Positions 9,035 through 18,737 of a stretch of 64,000 nt of DNA are shown in pieces. The first letter of the stretch is position 1. Each line of letters opens with the position of its first letter. Source of the stretch: Phycisphaerales bacterium. GTDB taxonomy: Bacteria > Planctomycetota > Phycisphaerae > Phycisphaerales > UBA1924. Below the pieces are notes generated by a model. The model had not been told where the DNA came from. It did no database searches and saw only the letters and a list, made by a program, of their open reading frames with translations. A program made the translations under genes and the position numbers. The stretch lies in NCBI GenBank assembly GCA_965227775.1, contig OZ245777.1, positions 2,912,001-2,976,000 of the forward strand, in the 5' to 3' direction.

Positions 9035-9687
9035 TCGTCGATCAACGTCTCAATCGATCTCAAGAGCCCCTTCGCACGTTCGATTGCTTGGAGGCTAATG
9101 GCCTGGGCGTCGCGTTCCGCCTCTGGCGAGACCACGCTGCCGAGGGTTGGAGCGTTGACCTCGACGTTGCAGTCGCTTGCGCGGACCGTGGCCTCGGACA
9201 GGATCGCGGCAATCTTCAGGTCGCTCAACAGGTACTGGTTGGCGATGGGCGCGAGTTCCTCGAAACTTTCGAGCAAGCCAATGCAGATGCGCTGGACGTC
9301 GAGCGGGACGTCGATGCACCGCTTGGCGGCGGTGCCGAGCCCCTTAACCCGGGCGGGATCATCGGGCTCGAGCTTCTGCAACGCGTTGAGCTCGGCGTAC
9401 GCGGCGGCGTCGGCATCGGCCAATTCGAGCAGCTTGCAACTCGCCGTGGCGCAGCGATCGGCAAGGGCGGCGTGGGCCGGCGCATGCTGGGCCAGGGTCT
9501 TCTTGCCCTTGCTGTAGGAGATGACCATGCCGGCCAGCGCCGCGCTTAGCGCGCCCGCCGCGCCCGCGACCGCCCCACCGCCGGGGGCAGGCGTCTTCTC
9601 GGCGATCGCCGAGAGCAAATCGCCGAACGTCTGCGAGCCGATGCGTGGGTTGCCGGTTTCCGCAGCGGGGCTGGGTGAGTTGGCCAT
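9031..9687 (-). CDS. Formiminotransferase-cyclodeaminase / cyclohydrolase family protein (FTCD_C-like)
   Basis: TPAPGGGAVA...LAGMV, LADADAAAY, VPL, N.YLLSD and NVEVN pattern. Confidence 0.85.
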   Translation of the reverse strand: MANSPSPAAETGNPRIGSQTFGDLLSAIAEKTPAPGGGAVAGAAGALSAALAGMVISYSKGKKTLAQHAPAHAALADRCATASCKLLELADADAAAYAELNALQKLEPDDPARVKGLGTAAKRCIDVPLDVQRICIGLLESFEELAPIANQYLLSDLKIAAILSEATVRASDCNVEVNAPTLGSVVSPEAERDAQAISLQAIERAKGLLRSIETLIDD

Positions 9688-9760
9688 GCAGCACTCTACT
9701 CACCCTGACGCGGACCGACTGGCTGGCCTTCGGCGCGTCGGGCGGCGATCATCCATCCGG

Positions 9761-11227
9761 ATGAAGGACTTCCACGCCAGCTCGATCATGCCCTGCGATG
9801 TCCGGACGCTCTACGAGTGGCACGCCAACGCTGGCGCGCTCGAACGCCTGACACCGCCTTGGCAACGCGTCACGATCGCCGAGCGGCGTCGGGGCACAGA
9901 TCACCCACGCATCGGCAACGGTGCGATCGCACGGCTCATGATCGGGCTGGGTCCGTTGAGCATGCCATGGGTGGCCGAGCATTTCGACCACGATCCGCCC
10001 CATGGGTTCAGCGATCGACAGCTGAGCGGACCTTTTGGGAGTTGGACCCACCGTCACCAGTTCAGCGACGAGGGTGGAGGCCGCAGCCGGCTCGATGACC
10101 GCATCCAGTACGAGGCCCCCGCGGGGCTCCTCGGCTCGATGCTGCTGGGCGGCAAGCTGGCGGCGGACCTGGACCGGCTGTTCTGGTTTCGCCACGAGCG
10201 CACGCGGGCTGACCTTGCGCGGCACGTCGGTGCCGACAAGAAGCTCACGATCGCGATCGCCGGCTCGAGCGGCATGATCGGCTCAGCGCTCGCCGCTTTC
10301 CTCTCCACTGGGGGGCACAAGGTCGTCAGGCTCGTGCGGGGTCGCGCCGAGCCCGACCCAATCGACGGCATCGAGCAGCGACACTGGGACCCTGCTGCAT
10401 CGGAGATCTCGCCATACACGCTGGCGGGCGTCGATGCGGTCATCAATCTATGCGGCGAGAACATAGCCGAAGGGCGATGGACCGAAAAGCGGAAGGCGCA
10501 GCTTCGTCTCAGCCGCGTGCAGCCAACGTCGCTGCTCGCCAAGACGATGGCCTCGTTGCCAACTTCGGAGCGCCCAAGGGTCTTGATCAACGCATCGGGC
10601 GTGCACGCCTACGGCGATCGCGGCGATGAACCGCTGACCGAAGACGCCGGATGGGGCGATGGCTTTCTGGCGGACTTGGTTCGGGCGTGGGAAGCGGCGG
10701 CACGGCCGGCCGAGTCGGCTGGTGTCCGAGTCGTGTTTGCTCGCTTTGGCATGGTGCTCGGTGCGGGCGGCGGCGCACTCAAGGCACTCTTGACGCCGAC
10801 CAAGTTCGGGCTGGGCGGGCCCATCGGCACCGGCCGGCAATGGTGGCCCTGGATCGGGCTCGACGATGCCATCGGGGCTGTGCACCACGCGCTGCTGCAC
10901 GAGGATCTCCATGGCGCGGTCAACGTGTGCGCTCCTGATGCGGCAACGGCAAACGACGTGAGCAGCGCGATCGCCGATGCTGCTCGCCGCCCGGCAGTGC
11001 TTGGCCTTCCCGCTGGCGCCGCGAGGACAGTGTTGGGCGAAGAGATGGCCGGCGACATGCTGCTGGCCTCGACACGAGCCGAACCCATGCGTCTGGGCGA
11101 GGCCGGCTTCCGCTGGATGCACCCAACGCTCATGGATGCGATCGGGTGGGAACTGGGCGTCCGCCGCCTGATGGAACGAACGCCGGCAATGCAAGGCCCT
11201 GTCGGGGCGCTACACGAGACTGCCTGA
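9761..11227 (+). CDS. SRPBCC domain fused to TIGR01777-type NAD-dependent epimerase (YfcH-like)
   Basis: N-terminal WH...ALERLTPPW...FSDRQLSGPFGSWTHRHQF; then IAIAGSSGMIG, DAVINLCGENIA, GDGFLA and GLGGPIGTGRQWWPWI. Start 9761 inferred within ORF 9521..11227. Confidence 0.85.
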   Translation: MKDFHASSIMPCDVRTLYEWHANAGALERLTPPWQRVTIAERRRGTDHPRIGNGAIARLMIGLGPLSMPWVAEHFDHDPPHGFSDRQLSGPFGSWTHRHQFSDEGGGRSRLDDRIQYEAPAGLLGSMLLGGKLAADLDRLFWFRHERTRADLARHVGADKKLTIAIAGSSGMIGSALAAFLSTGGHKVVRLVRGRAEPDPIDGIEQRHWDPAASEISPYTLAGVDAVINLCGENIAEGRWTEKRKAQLRLSRVQPTSLLAKTMASLPTSERPRVLINASGVHAYGDRGDEPLTEDAGWGDGFLADLVRAWEAAARPAESAGVRVVFARFGMVLGAGGGALKALLTPTKFGLGGPIGTGRQWWPWIGLDDAIGAVHHALLHEDLHGAVNVCAPDAATANDVSSAIADAARRPAVLGLPAGAARTVLGEEMAGDMLLASTRAEPMRLGEAGFRWMHPTLMDAIGWELGVRRLMERTPAMQGPVGALHETA

Positions 11228-11242
11228 CCAAGGAGGCAACCT

Positions 11243-12001
11243 ATGGGACACGCACATGAAGATCGCGCTTACTTGCTCATCGGTGGCGCCGGAGGCATCG
11301 GAACCGAACTCGCGCGACGGCTGACCGAGGCCGGAGCAAAGGTGACGATCGCAGGCCGCGATGCCGACAAGGCCAAAGCCCTGGCCGACGAGGTCGACGC
11401 ACATGCGCTGGACGCACTCGATGCACGGGACGCCGACGCTGTTGCCGAATCTGTGAAGGCTGCCGCGGAGCACCACGGCCGGCTCGACGGTGCCGTGAGC
11501 CTGCCGGGCACCATCACCCTCAAGCCCGCGCACCTGACTTCGCCAGAAGAGTTGAGAGAGACCGTCGAGACCAATCTGTACACCGCCTTCAACCTCGTTC
11601 GCAGCGCGAGCCAGGCGCTGCGCAGGAATGGGGGCTCGATCGTGCTCATGTCGTCGGCAGCGGCCACGAGCGGCCTGCCAAACCACGAAGCCATCGCATC
11701 GGCAAAGGCCGCCGTGATCGGCTTGGCTCGTTCGGCAGCCGCGACATACGCTTCCAATGGGGTGCGCGTAAACGCGGTCGCGCCAGGCATGGTCCGCTCG
11801 CCGCTCAGCAAGCCGATCCTCGAGAACGAGGTCGCCGAGAAGGCGTCGACGGCCATGCATCCGTTAGGCCGGCTTGGCGAGCCGGCTGATGTCGCGAGTG
11901 GCATCGCGTGGCTGCTCGACCCGGCACAGGAGTGGGTCAGCGGCACGGTGCTCGAGATTGACGGCGGTCTGGCGAATCTGCGGGGCCGTGTGAAGGTCTG
12001 A
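11243..12001 (+). CDS. Short-chain dehydrogenase/reductase
   Basis: GGAGGIG, GVRVNAVAPG and PLGRLGEPADVA motifs; AGGAGG RBS. The YxxxK Tyr is replaced (EAIASAK). Confidence 0.9.
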   Translation: MGHAHEDRAYLLIGGAGGIGTELARRLTEAGAKVTIAGRDADKAKALADEVDAHALDALDARDADAVAESVKAAAEHHGRLDGAVSLPGTITLKPAHLTSPEELRETVETNLYTAFNLVRSASQALRRNGGSIVLMSSAAATSGLPNHEAIASAKAAVIGLARSAAATYASNGVRVNAVAPGMVRSPLSKPILENEVAEKASTAMHPLGRLGEPADVASGIAWLLDPAQEWVSGTVLEIDGGLANLRGRVKV

Positions 12002-12156
12002 CGCCCCCGTTGCAGCGCAACAGAGCTTCTTGATAGGGTTATGCCTGGGTCCCGGCCCTGAGGCGACGACCGCCGCTAGACTGGGCCGAAAGAACAACCC
12101 CGCGAAGGGGCCTGACACAAGGACGGACCCACTTGGCCGAGCACGGAGACAAGACG

Positions 12157-13170
12157 ATGACCCAGATGCGAACCCCGCCCAAGCCGAATCCCACGGCTCC
12201 CGGCGCCGTTCACGAAGGACCATCCGACCAGGATCGGCCCATGGTCTATGTCAACGGCGAGATCGTTCCGAAGAGCCAGGCCAAGGTCAGTGTCTTCGAC
12301 CACGGCTTGCTGTATGGTGACGGCGTCTTCGAAGGCATCCGTATCTATAACGGCAAGATCTTCATGCTCGGCCAGCACATGGACCGCCTGTGGGCCAGCG
12401 CCGAGATGATCTACCTGGACATCGGTATCTCACGTGAGGAGATGATCGATATCCAGCGTCGGTGCGTCGAGGCCAACGGCATTATCAACGGCTACATCCG
12501 GCTGATCGTCACTCGGGGCGAGGGCACGCTCGGCCTGAACCCCTACCAGTGCCCGACGGCCGGCATTATCTGCATTGCCGACCAGATCCGCCTGTATCCT
12601 GAGTCGATGTACGAGTCGGGCATGCGGGTTGTCGTTGCGCACCGTCCGCGCATTGGCGTCAAGAGCCTCGACCCCCGCATCAAGAGCCTGAACTACCTGA
12701 ACAACATCCTCGCAAAGTGCGAGGCCATACACCTGACACGCGACCTCAAGATCACCAACGAGCAGGACAAGCTGCTCGAGGTCATCATGCTCAACCCCGA
12801 GGGCAAGGTCGCCGAGGGCTCGGGCGACAACATCTTCGTCATCAAGGATGGTGCCATTACGACGCCGCCCGTCGAGGACGGCTGCCTGAGCGGCATCACC
12901 CGCCGCTTCGTGATCGACCGCCTCGCACCCGCGTGCGGTCTCGCGGTGCAGACTGGGCACATCACGCTGCAGGACATCTACGGCGCCGACGAGGTGTTCA
13001 TGACCGGCTCTGCGGCCGAGATCATCGCGGTGAGAGAAGTGCTCGAGCACGACGGCAAGGGCGGCGTCACAGCGACCCACCCGATCAGCGAGGGTGAGGG
13101 CCCGATCACGAACAATCTCCGCACGAAGTTCCGCGAGATCGTGACCAGCGACGACGTCCCCGAGGACTGA
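12157..13170 (+). CDS. ilvE: Branched-chain amino acid aminotransferase (class IV)
   Basis: DHGLLYGDGVFEGIR, IKSLNYLNN (PLP Lys), EGSGDNIF, LSGITR and ADEVFMTGSAAE; GGAG RBS before ATG 12157. Confidence 0.9.
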   Translation: MTQMRTPPKPNPTAPGAVHEGPSDQDRPMVYVNGEIVPKSQAKVSVFDHGLLYGDGVFEGIRIYNGKIFMLGQHMDRLWASAEMIYLDIGISREEMIDIQRRCVEANGIINGYIRLIVTRGEGTLGLNPYQCPTAGIICIADQIRLYPESMYESGMRVVVAHRPRIGVKSLDPRIKSLNYLNNILAKCEAIHLTRDLKITNEQDKLLEVIMLNPEGKVAEGSGDNIFVIKDGAITTPPVEDGCLSGITRRFVIDRLAPACGLAVQTGHITLQDIYGADEVFMTGSAAEIIAVREVLEHDGKGGVTATHPISEGEGPITNNLRTKFREIVTSDDVPED

Positions 13171-13336
13171 GAAAGTTGATTCCGAATGCCGTTCGGCCTT
13201 GAATAGGCCTCGAAAACCGGGCCCAGTGTGGGCCGGATCAGTCCAATTGCCGGCCCGCAGTCGCGGTCGTCGGCCTGATCGTCGGGCGTCTTGGCCCGGC
13301 ACCCGTTGGCACTCCCAGCGGGACGGAGAAAAGCAG

Positions 13337-13942
13337 ATGGCTAACTACACCGGACCGAAGGTCCGCCTCAGCCGCCGTGTCGGCGTCCCGATCGAGGCGG
13401 TCGAGAAGCACACCAGCAACGAGCGCGTCCGCCAGCCACCCGGCATCCACGGCTTCCGTGGTCGCCGCCCGCGTGACTACGGCATCCGCCTGACCGAGAA
13501 GCAGAAGCTCCGCTTTCACTACAACGTGGGCGAGAAGCAGTTCCGCCGCTTCGTGAAGGAGGCCAAGCGCCTTCCAGGTAACTCGGGCGACATGCTGCTG
13601 GTGCTGCTCGAGACGCGCCTGGACAACGTGATTCGTCGCATGGGCATCGCCCGCACCATCTGGTCCGCACGCCAGATCGTCGCGCACGGCCACGTGTTGG
13701 TGAACGGCCGCAAGACCGATCGCCCGAGCTTCCACGTCAAGCCGGGCATGGAGATCTCCATCAAGGAGAAGACCCACAAGCTCTGCCGCGAAAACATGGA
13801 GAGCATGCCGGGCCACGAGGTTCCGGGGTGGATCAGCTTCAACCCCAGCGAACTGAAGGCCAAGGTCGTGGCCGCTCCGAAGGCCGACGAGGTTCCGTTC
13901 CGCGTGAACACGAACCTGGTTATCGAGTTCTATCGCTTCTAA
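13337..13942 (+). CDS. rpsD: 30S ribosomal protein S4
   Basis: MANYTGPKVRLSRR, YGIRLTEKQKLR, LETRLDNV, ARQIVAHGHVLVNG and VIEFY; GGAG RBS. Confidence 0.95.
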   Translation: MANYTGPKVRLSRRVGVPIEAVEKHTSNERVRQPPGIHGFRGRRPRDYGIRLTEKQKLRFHYNVGEKQFRRFVKEAKRLPGNSGDMLLVLLETRLDNVIRRMGIARTIWSARQIVAHGHVLVNGRKTDRPSFHVKPGMEISIKEKTHKLCRENMESMPGHEVPGWISFNPSELKAKVVAAPKADEVPFRVNTNLVIEFYRF

Positions 13943-14080
13943 GACGCTGGTCTGGATCGAGCGCTGTGTCCGCCGCGTGAGCATGACGCTCGCGCGTGCG
14001 GGTGGCACGGCCGGGGCCGGTCGGTCCGCCGGCGCCTGGCAGCCAGTGGTCTCGAAAGTTCACGGGCCGGGGCGAGCACG

Positions 14081-16156
14081 ATGCTCAAGTTCCTGCGCAA
14101 GTACAGCAAGTGGATGATGATCGTGTTCGGCGCGCTGCTGCTGGTGGCGTTTACTGCGCCGCAGGCGATCCAGCAGCTCGGCAACCGCATGGTGAACCGC
14201 GAGGTCGCCACGCTCGACGGCGCGTCGCTCAAGATCACAGACGTCCAAGACGCCGAGCGACAGCACGCGCTGGTGCAAGACCGCTTGCCGCCACAATACA
14301 TGCCGGCCATCGACCGCGACCGCGTCGGATTGCACTGGTCCATGCTCCGGCTGGAAGCGCGCCGGGCAGGGCTCGTGGGCGTGGCCGGTGATGGTGCGCT
14401 GTGGGTGGAGGACTTTGTACCCCAGATCGCACGCCGACAGATGGAAGCGACGCTGGCACAGCAGATCGGCCCGCAGCTTGCCGCCCAGTTTGCCAACCAG
14501 CAATGGAACTCGATGCCGGCTGAGGAACGCCAAGCCGCGATCGATCGGATTGCGGGCTTCTTGAACCAGCCGCCGCCAAATGTGACCGAGCGCGAGTATC
14601 ACGAGGCGCTCAGCGTGGCTCGGGGCATCCACCGCCTCACGGCCGGCTACTTCGAGAGCGCTCCGCTGAGCGACGCTCGCGCGGTGCGCGATGCGGCCGA
14701 TCGGCAGCGCCAGGCATCGGTTGAGTCATTCTGGTTCGATAGCCGCCAGCTCGTCGCCGAAGCCCCTGGCATCGTGGGCGAGCCAACGGATGCAGACCTG
14801 CAGGAGCACTTCGGGCGTTTCGCCTCGACGCCGCTTGGCACGGGTGAATTCGGGATCGGCTACACACTGCCCGAGCGGCTCAAGATCGAGTACCTCAAGC
14901 TCGACCGCGAAGCGATCGAGGGCAACGTCTCGCCGGATCCGCTTGAGGTCCGCAAGCGGTACCAGGCCATGGTCCGCGAGGATGAGGCCCGGGACCAAGA
15001 GCCCGAGTCATTTGACGACGCCAGACCGCGGATCGAGGACAGCCTTCGTCGCGAGATCGCAGACGACGTGATTCGGGCCGCTCAGCAGGCGTTCGTTGGC
15101 GCGATGGGCGAGGCGACGCGTGCACTCGAGTCCGACGGGCCCTACAAGCGGTTACCGAGCGACTTTGCCAGCCAGCGTCCGAGCTTCGAGGATGTCGCGC
15201 AACAAATGGTCGACTCGGTCAGCCTGTCGCGCTTCCCCGAAGCCGAGGACGGCTCAGTCGAACTTCCGATGCCCGAGATCGTGCGCCCCGACACGTGGTT
15301 GTGGCCGTCGGAGATGCAAACGCTCGAGGGCTTTGGCAGCGCCCAGATCAACATCGGCTCGACGCGGGCACCCATCGCCCAGGTCTTGTTCGCCGTGCGT
15401 GAGCTGCGCCCGGAGCTCGGCGCTCGGCTCGCGATCCAGAAGGGCCTGCCCGTGACCGACGTGCCGGCGACCGATGGCTCGGGCAACGTCTATTTCTACA
15501 CGGTGCTCGACGTGCGCGACGAGTCTCGCCCCGACAGCATCGAGGAGATCCGCGGCCAGGTCGTGCAAGACTGGAAGGCACTCCGAGTCTTCGAGCAATT
15601 GCAGGCCCAAGCCGACGCGATCGGGCAGACGGCCGCTGAGAGTGGCCTGACGGCCGCAGCAGTCCAACTCGCCGATGCGCTTGCTGGTGACATCGAAGCG
15701 CCCGAGTTGCAGACGATCCGAGTCACACCGGCCGACGTCACGAACCCGATCGGATTCGGCCAGTCTCCGGCGATACCGGCACTCAACGCAGAGTCGTTCC
15801 GCGAGGTGGTCATGGGCGTGTATGAGTCCATCGACCCGCTCACCGCCATCGAAGAGACCCCGCGTACCGCACGCACCGTCAGCGTGCCTATCGCCTCCAC
15901 GCTCACCCTTGGCGTCGGCACGGTCGAGAGCATTACGCCGCTGACGGCCGAGGTATATCGCATGCAAGCGGACTTCCTCGACTTCGTCTTGCGACGCGAT
16001 GAGCTCGTCGAGACGGTCCGCACCGTCAACCCGTTCTCGTTCGACGCGATGGCCCAGCGGCTCAACCTCAAGGTTGTTGGTAGCGAAGATGAATCGCCTG
16101 CCGAGGCCTCAGGAGACCTCAGCGATACGCCCGAGCAATCGAGCGGTCAGGGCTGA
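14081..16156 (+). CDS. PpiD/SurA-N-like membrane-anchored periplasmic chaperone
   Basis: N-terminal MLKFLRKYSKWMMIVFGALLLVAF anchor; YTLPERLKIEYL, SFDDARPRIE and SIEEIRGQVVQDW patterns typical of PpiD. No clear rotamase motif. Confidence 0.6.
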   Translation: MLKFLRKYSKWMMIVFGALLLVAFTAPQAIQQLGNRMVNREVATLDGASLKITDVQDAERQHALVQDRLPPQYMPAIDRDRVGLHWSMLRLEARRAGLVGVAGDGALWVEDFVPQIARRQMEATLAQQIGPQLAAQFANQQWNSMPAEERQAAIDRIAGFLNQPPPNVTEREYHEALSVARGIHRLTAGYFESAPLSDARAVRDAADRQRQASVESFWFDSRQLVAEAPGIVGEPTDADLQEHFGRFASTPLGTGEFGIGYTLPERLKIEYLKLDREAIEGNVSPDPLEVRKRYQAMVREDEARDQEPESFDDARPRIEDSLRREIADDVIRAAQQAFVGAMGEATRALESDGPYKRLPSDFASQRPSFEDVAQQMVDSVSLSRFPEAEDGSVELPMPEIVRPDTWLWPSEMQTLEGFGSAQINIGSTRAPIAQVLFAVRELRPELGARLAIQKGLPVTDVPATDGSGNVYFYTVLDVRDESRPDSIEEIRGQVVQDWKALRVFEQLQAQADAIGQTAAESGLTAAAVQLADALAGDIEAPELQTIRVTPADVTNPIGFGQSPAIPALNAESFREVVMGVYESIDPLTAIEETPRTARTVSVPIASTLTLGVGTVESITPLTAEVYRMQADFLDFVLRRDELVETVRTVNPFSFDAMAQRLNLKVVGSEDESPAEASGDLSDTPEQSSGQG

Positions 16157-16917
16157 GGATCGGGCGAGCCACTCATCCACGCATCGATCGGCAGCAAGTC
16201 TGACTGGATCATCTCGTTTGGCAAATCGTCCAGGCGGATCGCGCGATCGATCTTGAACGCACCCACGGCTGTCCGTCGGAGCGCAGCAAGCGATCCACCG
16301 GTGCCCAGTGCGGTGCCCAGGTCGCGAGCAAGGCTGCGGATGTAGACGCCCTTGCCGCAACGGACGTCGAGCTCGACGTAGGGCCATTCGTAACTCAGCA
16401 CACCGATCGATTCGATCCGAATCGGACGCGGGTCGAGTTCTACCGCTTGGCCCTTGCGCGCGAGGGCGTATGCCCTTCGGCCCCCCACCTTCATCGCGCT
16501 GAATATGGGCGGCCTCTGGAGCGTGTCGCCTATGAAACTCGCGACCGAGGCGAGCACGTCCTGCTCACTTGGTGGTTCCTCCACGGCCACCTCGGTCCGC
16601 TCGCCCTCGCGGTCGTCGGTCGTGGTGAAGGCCGAGAGATCGACCCGAGCTTCGTAACGCTTCTCGCCGGCCATCACGCGATCGCACAACGGCGTGGCCT
16701 TGCCACACAGGATGACCAAGACGCCGCTCGCAAGCGGGTCGAGCGTGCCCCCGTGGCCAACCTTCACCCGTTTGGGTGCCCCGCCACGGCGGAGCGCGGA
16801 CCGGACACGAGCGCACACTGCCATCGAACTCGGGCCAATCGGCTTGTCGACGATGAGCAGCCCGCAGATCGGCGGTGGCTGGGTCGCATCGGGCAGGCTG
16901 TCCTGATCAGCGGGCAT
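16147..16917 (-). CDS. truB: tRNA pseudouridine(55) synthase
   Basis: DKPIGPSS, KVGHGGTLDPLASGVL, TTTDDREG, PPIFSAMKVGG and CGKGVYIRSLARD. Confidence 0.95.
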   Translation of the reverse strand: MPADQDSLPDATQPPPICGLLIVDKPIGPSSMAVCARVRSALRRGGAPKRVKVGHGGTLDPLASGVLVILCGKATPLCDRVMAGEKRYEARVDLSAFTTTDDREGERTEVAVEEPPSEQDVLASVASFIGDTLQRPPIFSAMKVGGRRAYALARKGQAVELDPRPIRIESIGVLSYEWPYVELDVRCGKGVYIRSLARDLGTALGTGGSLAALRRTAVGAFKIDRAIRLDDLPNEMIQSDLLPIDAWMSGSPDPQP

Positions 16918-17023
16918 GGAGGATGATTGGACCCCGGCTCGGTCGCGGCAGGATCGCCTCGCGTCCCAATCGGCCCTATCCTGTCACCCGCTCGCGAACA
17001 GGCGTGAAGCCAGACGCGACCAC

Positions 17024-17110
17024 GGAGAGGTGGCTGAGCGGTTTAAGGCGCACGATTGGAATTCGTGTGGGGGTTTACGCCCCTCGGGGGTTCGAATCCC
17101 CCCCTCTCCG
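17024..17110 (+). tRNA. tRNA-Ser(GGA)
   Basis: Acceptor GGAGAGG/CCTCTCC; anticodon arm CACGA-TTGGAAT-TCGTG; long variable arm; GGTTCGAATCC T-loop; CCA not encoded. Confidence 0.95.
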
Positions 17111-17189
17111 CTTTCATGTGTTGTGCGTGTGGATGGCTCAGATCCAGGCCGTTCATCGGTGTCATCCGAATCCACGCGTCTCCTTGAAG

Positions 17190-18413
17190 CTAGTTCAGGC
17201 CAAAGACATCGTCCCATCGCTCATCATCGAGCCACTTGGGCGGCACGCGCTCCGTAAGCTCGAGCTGCCTGTGGTCCTGATCGAAGTGGATCACGAGCGT
17301 GAAAGGCTCGTCGCCGTCGATGTCGTATTCCCACCTTCCCTGGCGGCCGAATCGGAGTTGATCCGGATGTCCGATCGCCTCGAGGATTGCACGCGGCTTC
17401 ATGCCAGGCTGTAGGAGGTCGACCCGCTCGGCCCTGGGTGCTGGCAGATTTGTCCCGATGGTTTCGGCGCCAGAGATCTGCACGCCGGGCTGCGCCGCCG
17501 GAGCCTCTCCGAATCGTCGCAACCCGAGTTGGGCGATGCGCCGAAGCGTGAACTCGCGCTGCTGGAAGGGGTTGATCCCGCCTTCGTACTTCCCATCGAT
17601 GTCCCACCAGCCGCCGGACGAACCAACGTAAGCGCACTGCTCCAATTCCCGGAGGTCCGGCAAGATGGCCCGGTCTTCGGCCCGGAGCAGCATCGCCACG
17701 GCAGACGCAATCTCGCCGGGACTGACTGGTGCCTCGATTTGCTCACCAAGGACCATGCGCCGCGATACACACAACGCATCAAGGTTCTCGACAGCAACGC
17801 GCAGCGTCTCTCTTGCCGCTGCTAGCAGGGCCCCTTCGAGTTGCTCAATGCCCGCATCGCTGAGCTGGACGTACTTGCCCCTCGCTACATCCATCACCAC
17901 GTGTCGGCCCCAGCCCGTCGTGATGACGAACACCGTCCGGCCCTCGACCGATGCGAACGCCCACTTCGACCCGGAGGACCACATCGGCCCCGCTGTGCTG
18001 TAATGCACGTACTTCTTTGACTCGGCTTCGGGAAACTGGTCGAGAATGGACGCTCGTGCCTTGATGGATCCTGTGTCTTTTTCAAGCACCATGAGCTCGT
18101 GGCGCGAGTTCCACACGACTACCCATCCGTCGTCATGGACAAAGGCTCGAATGGGTGAGGGCTCCCACGCATCCTGCTTGCGGCTCCACAGTGTCTGCCC
18201 GTCGCTCACGCGCGTCAGCACATACGTGAAGTTGCTCGCGAACGGCCGTGGTCGCTCGCCCGCGTTGTCCGGAGAGGTTGCATCAAGCTTGACGACATTG
18301 GCCGCAGACTCGACGTGCTGGTCCTCGAAGTACCGATCGGTCGCCCATAGCGGACGAGCGCTGATCAGGCACATCGCCAGAGCCAGCGATATCCACACCA
18401 TGACGCGTTCCAT
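17190..18413 (-). CDS. Secreted hypothetical protein with C-terminal SmpA/BamE-like motif
   Basis: ORF 17190..18431; ATG 18413 follows AGAAGGGAG. Signal-peptide-like N-terminus; C-terminal LQPGMKPRAILEAIGHPD...WEYD resembles the GMx..V...LG.P...W.Y pattern. Confidence 0.7.
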   Translation of the reverse strand: MERVMVWISLALAMCLISARPLWATDRYFEDQHVESAANVVKLDATSPDNAGERPRPFASNFTYVLTRVSDGQTLWSRKQDAWEPSPIRAFVHDDGWVVVWNSRHELMVLEKDTGSIKARASILDQFPEAESKKYVHYSTAGPMWSSGSKWAFASVEGRTVFVITTGWGRHVVMDVARGKYVQLSDAGIEQLEGALLAAARETLRVAVENLDALCVSRRMVLGEQIEAPVSPGEIASAVAMLLRAEDRAILPDLRELEQCAYVGSSGGWWDIDGKYEGGINPFQQREFTLRRIAQLGLRRFGEAPAAQPGVQISGAETIGTNLPAPRAERVDLLQPGMKPRAILEAIGHPDQLRFGRQGRWEYDIDGDEPFTLVIHFDQDHRQLELTERVPPKWLDDERWDDVFGLN

Positions 18414-18515
18414 GACGACTCCCTTCTGCACCAGCGGAGCATGCTCCTGCGTGCGGCCTATGAGGAGGCCTCGCGAGTGCGAAGGTTCGTGCGGGCCGCG
18501 GAGCGTGGGATCGAA

Positions 18516-18589
18516 TCAGGGTGACAGGATTCGAACCTGCGACTTCCTGCTCCCAAAGCAGGTGCTCTACCAAGCTGAGCTACACCCTG
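18516..18589 (-). tRNA. tRNA-Pro(TGG)
   Basis: Reverse complement reads CAGGGTG-TA-GCTCAGCTTGGTAGAGC-A-CCTGC-TTTGGGA-GCAGG-AAGTC-GCAGGTTCGAATCCTGT-CACCCTG-A. Confidence 0.95.
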
Positions 18590-18737
18590 GACAGACAACT
18601 GTAGACCGAGGCCCAATGGATAGACCTTCTGCCAGAAGCAAAAGAGACGACCGGGCGCCTCCCTGGTTGCCGCCCGGCCGCCACCCCACGCAGTCCTGTC
18701 GATCGAGTTCCGACGTAGACGGACCTCCCCTTGCCGC

